A DNA stretch of 44,633 nucleotides, from the NCBI GenBank assembly GCA_032718475.1, contig JAUCBJ010003656.1, positions 1-44,633 of the forward strand, read 5' to 3'. This DNA comes from Nemertoderma westbladi. Its lineage: Eukaryota > Animalia > Xenacoelomorpha. Positions 44,381 through 44,633 of the stretch are shown here, piece by piece. The position numbers were made by a program, and so were the translations under genes. Below the pieces are notes generated by a model. That model did no database searches. It had not been told where the DNA came from and was given only the letters and a program-made list of their open reading frames with translations. The first letter of the stretch is position 1, and the number at the start of each line of letters is the position of its first letter.

Positions 44381-44633
44381 ACAGTACAGTATATTATTGA
44401 TAAATATCATTCAAAATGACCAAAACTGAGGCATTATCAGTGGGGAAACTCATTTGCGACTTACGGCCCAGTTACTTAGGCTATTTACATCCGATTTGGT
44501 TTCAATAACGAGCGTAGCGAGTGACAGAACGAAACGAGAGTTTCTCATTTTGTTCAGATATGTACTGTAGTGCACCATTCCAGCAGGCACATCACGCAGG
44601 TCCAGACACATTACCGGTTACTGCATTATGAAA

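Overview
Eukaryotic, repeat-dominated DNA, probably from an invertebrate. I see no intact host gene. From left to right: an intron-containing Pif1/Helitron-type helicase remnant (minus strand); a tRNA-like SINE head; a Penelope-like GIY-YIG remnant ending in a minimal hammerhead ribozyme; a truncated LINE reverse transcriptase; a young 12.4-kb BEL/Pao LTR retrotransposon (4155-16584, minus); an older truncated BEL/Pao element (~17450-24329, minus); then non-autonomous DNA transposons (TA-, TTAA- and 8-bp-TSD types), a CRE-like LINE 3' end, a local segmental duplication and several minisatellites. The young BEL/Pao element is the most unusual object. It has no TGG-type tRNA primer-binding site but has a 9-nt sequence complementary to an Initiator-like site in its own LTR, a candidate for Tf1-like self-priming. 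Between pol and the 3' LTR it carries ~3 kb of extra sequence: a 15-unit hairpin array followed by an ORF with three canonical CCHC zinc knuckles. Separately, comparing duplicated sequences inside the window shows that TACAGTA, TACTGTA and TACCGGTA words are insertions at TA sites, consistent with DNA-transposon excision footprints. All calls come from reading the sequence by eye; no searches were run.
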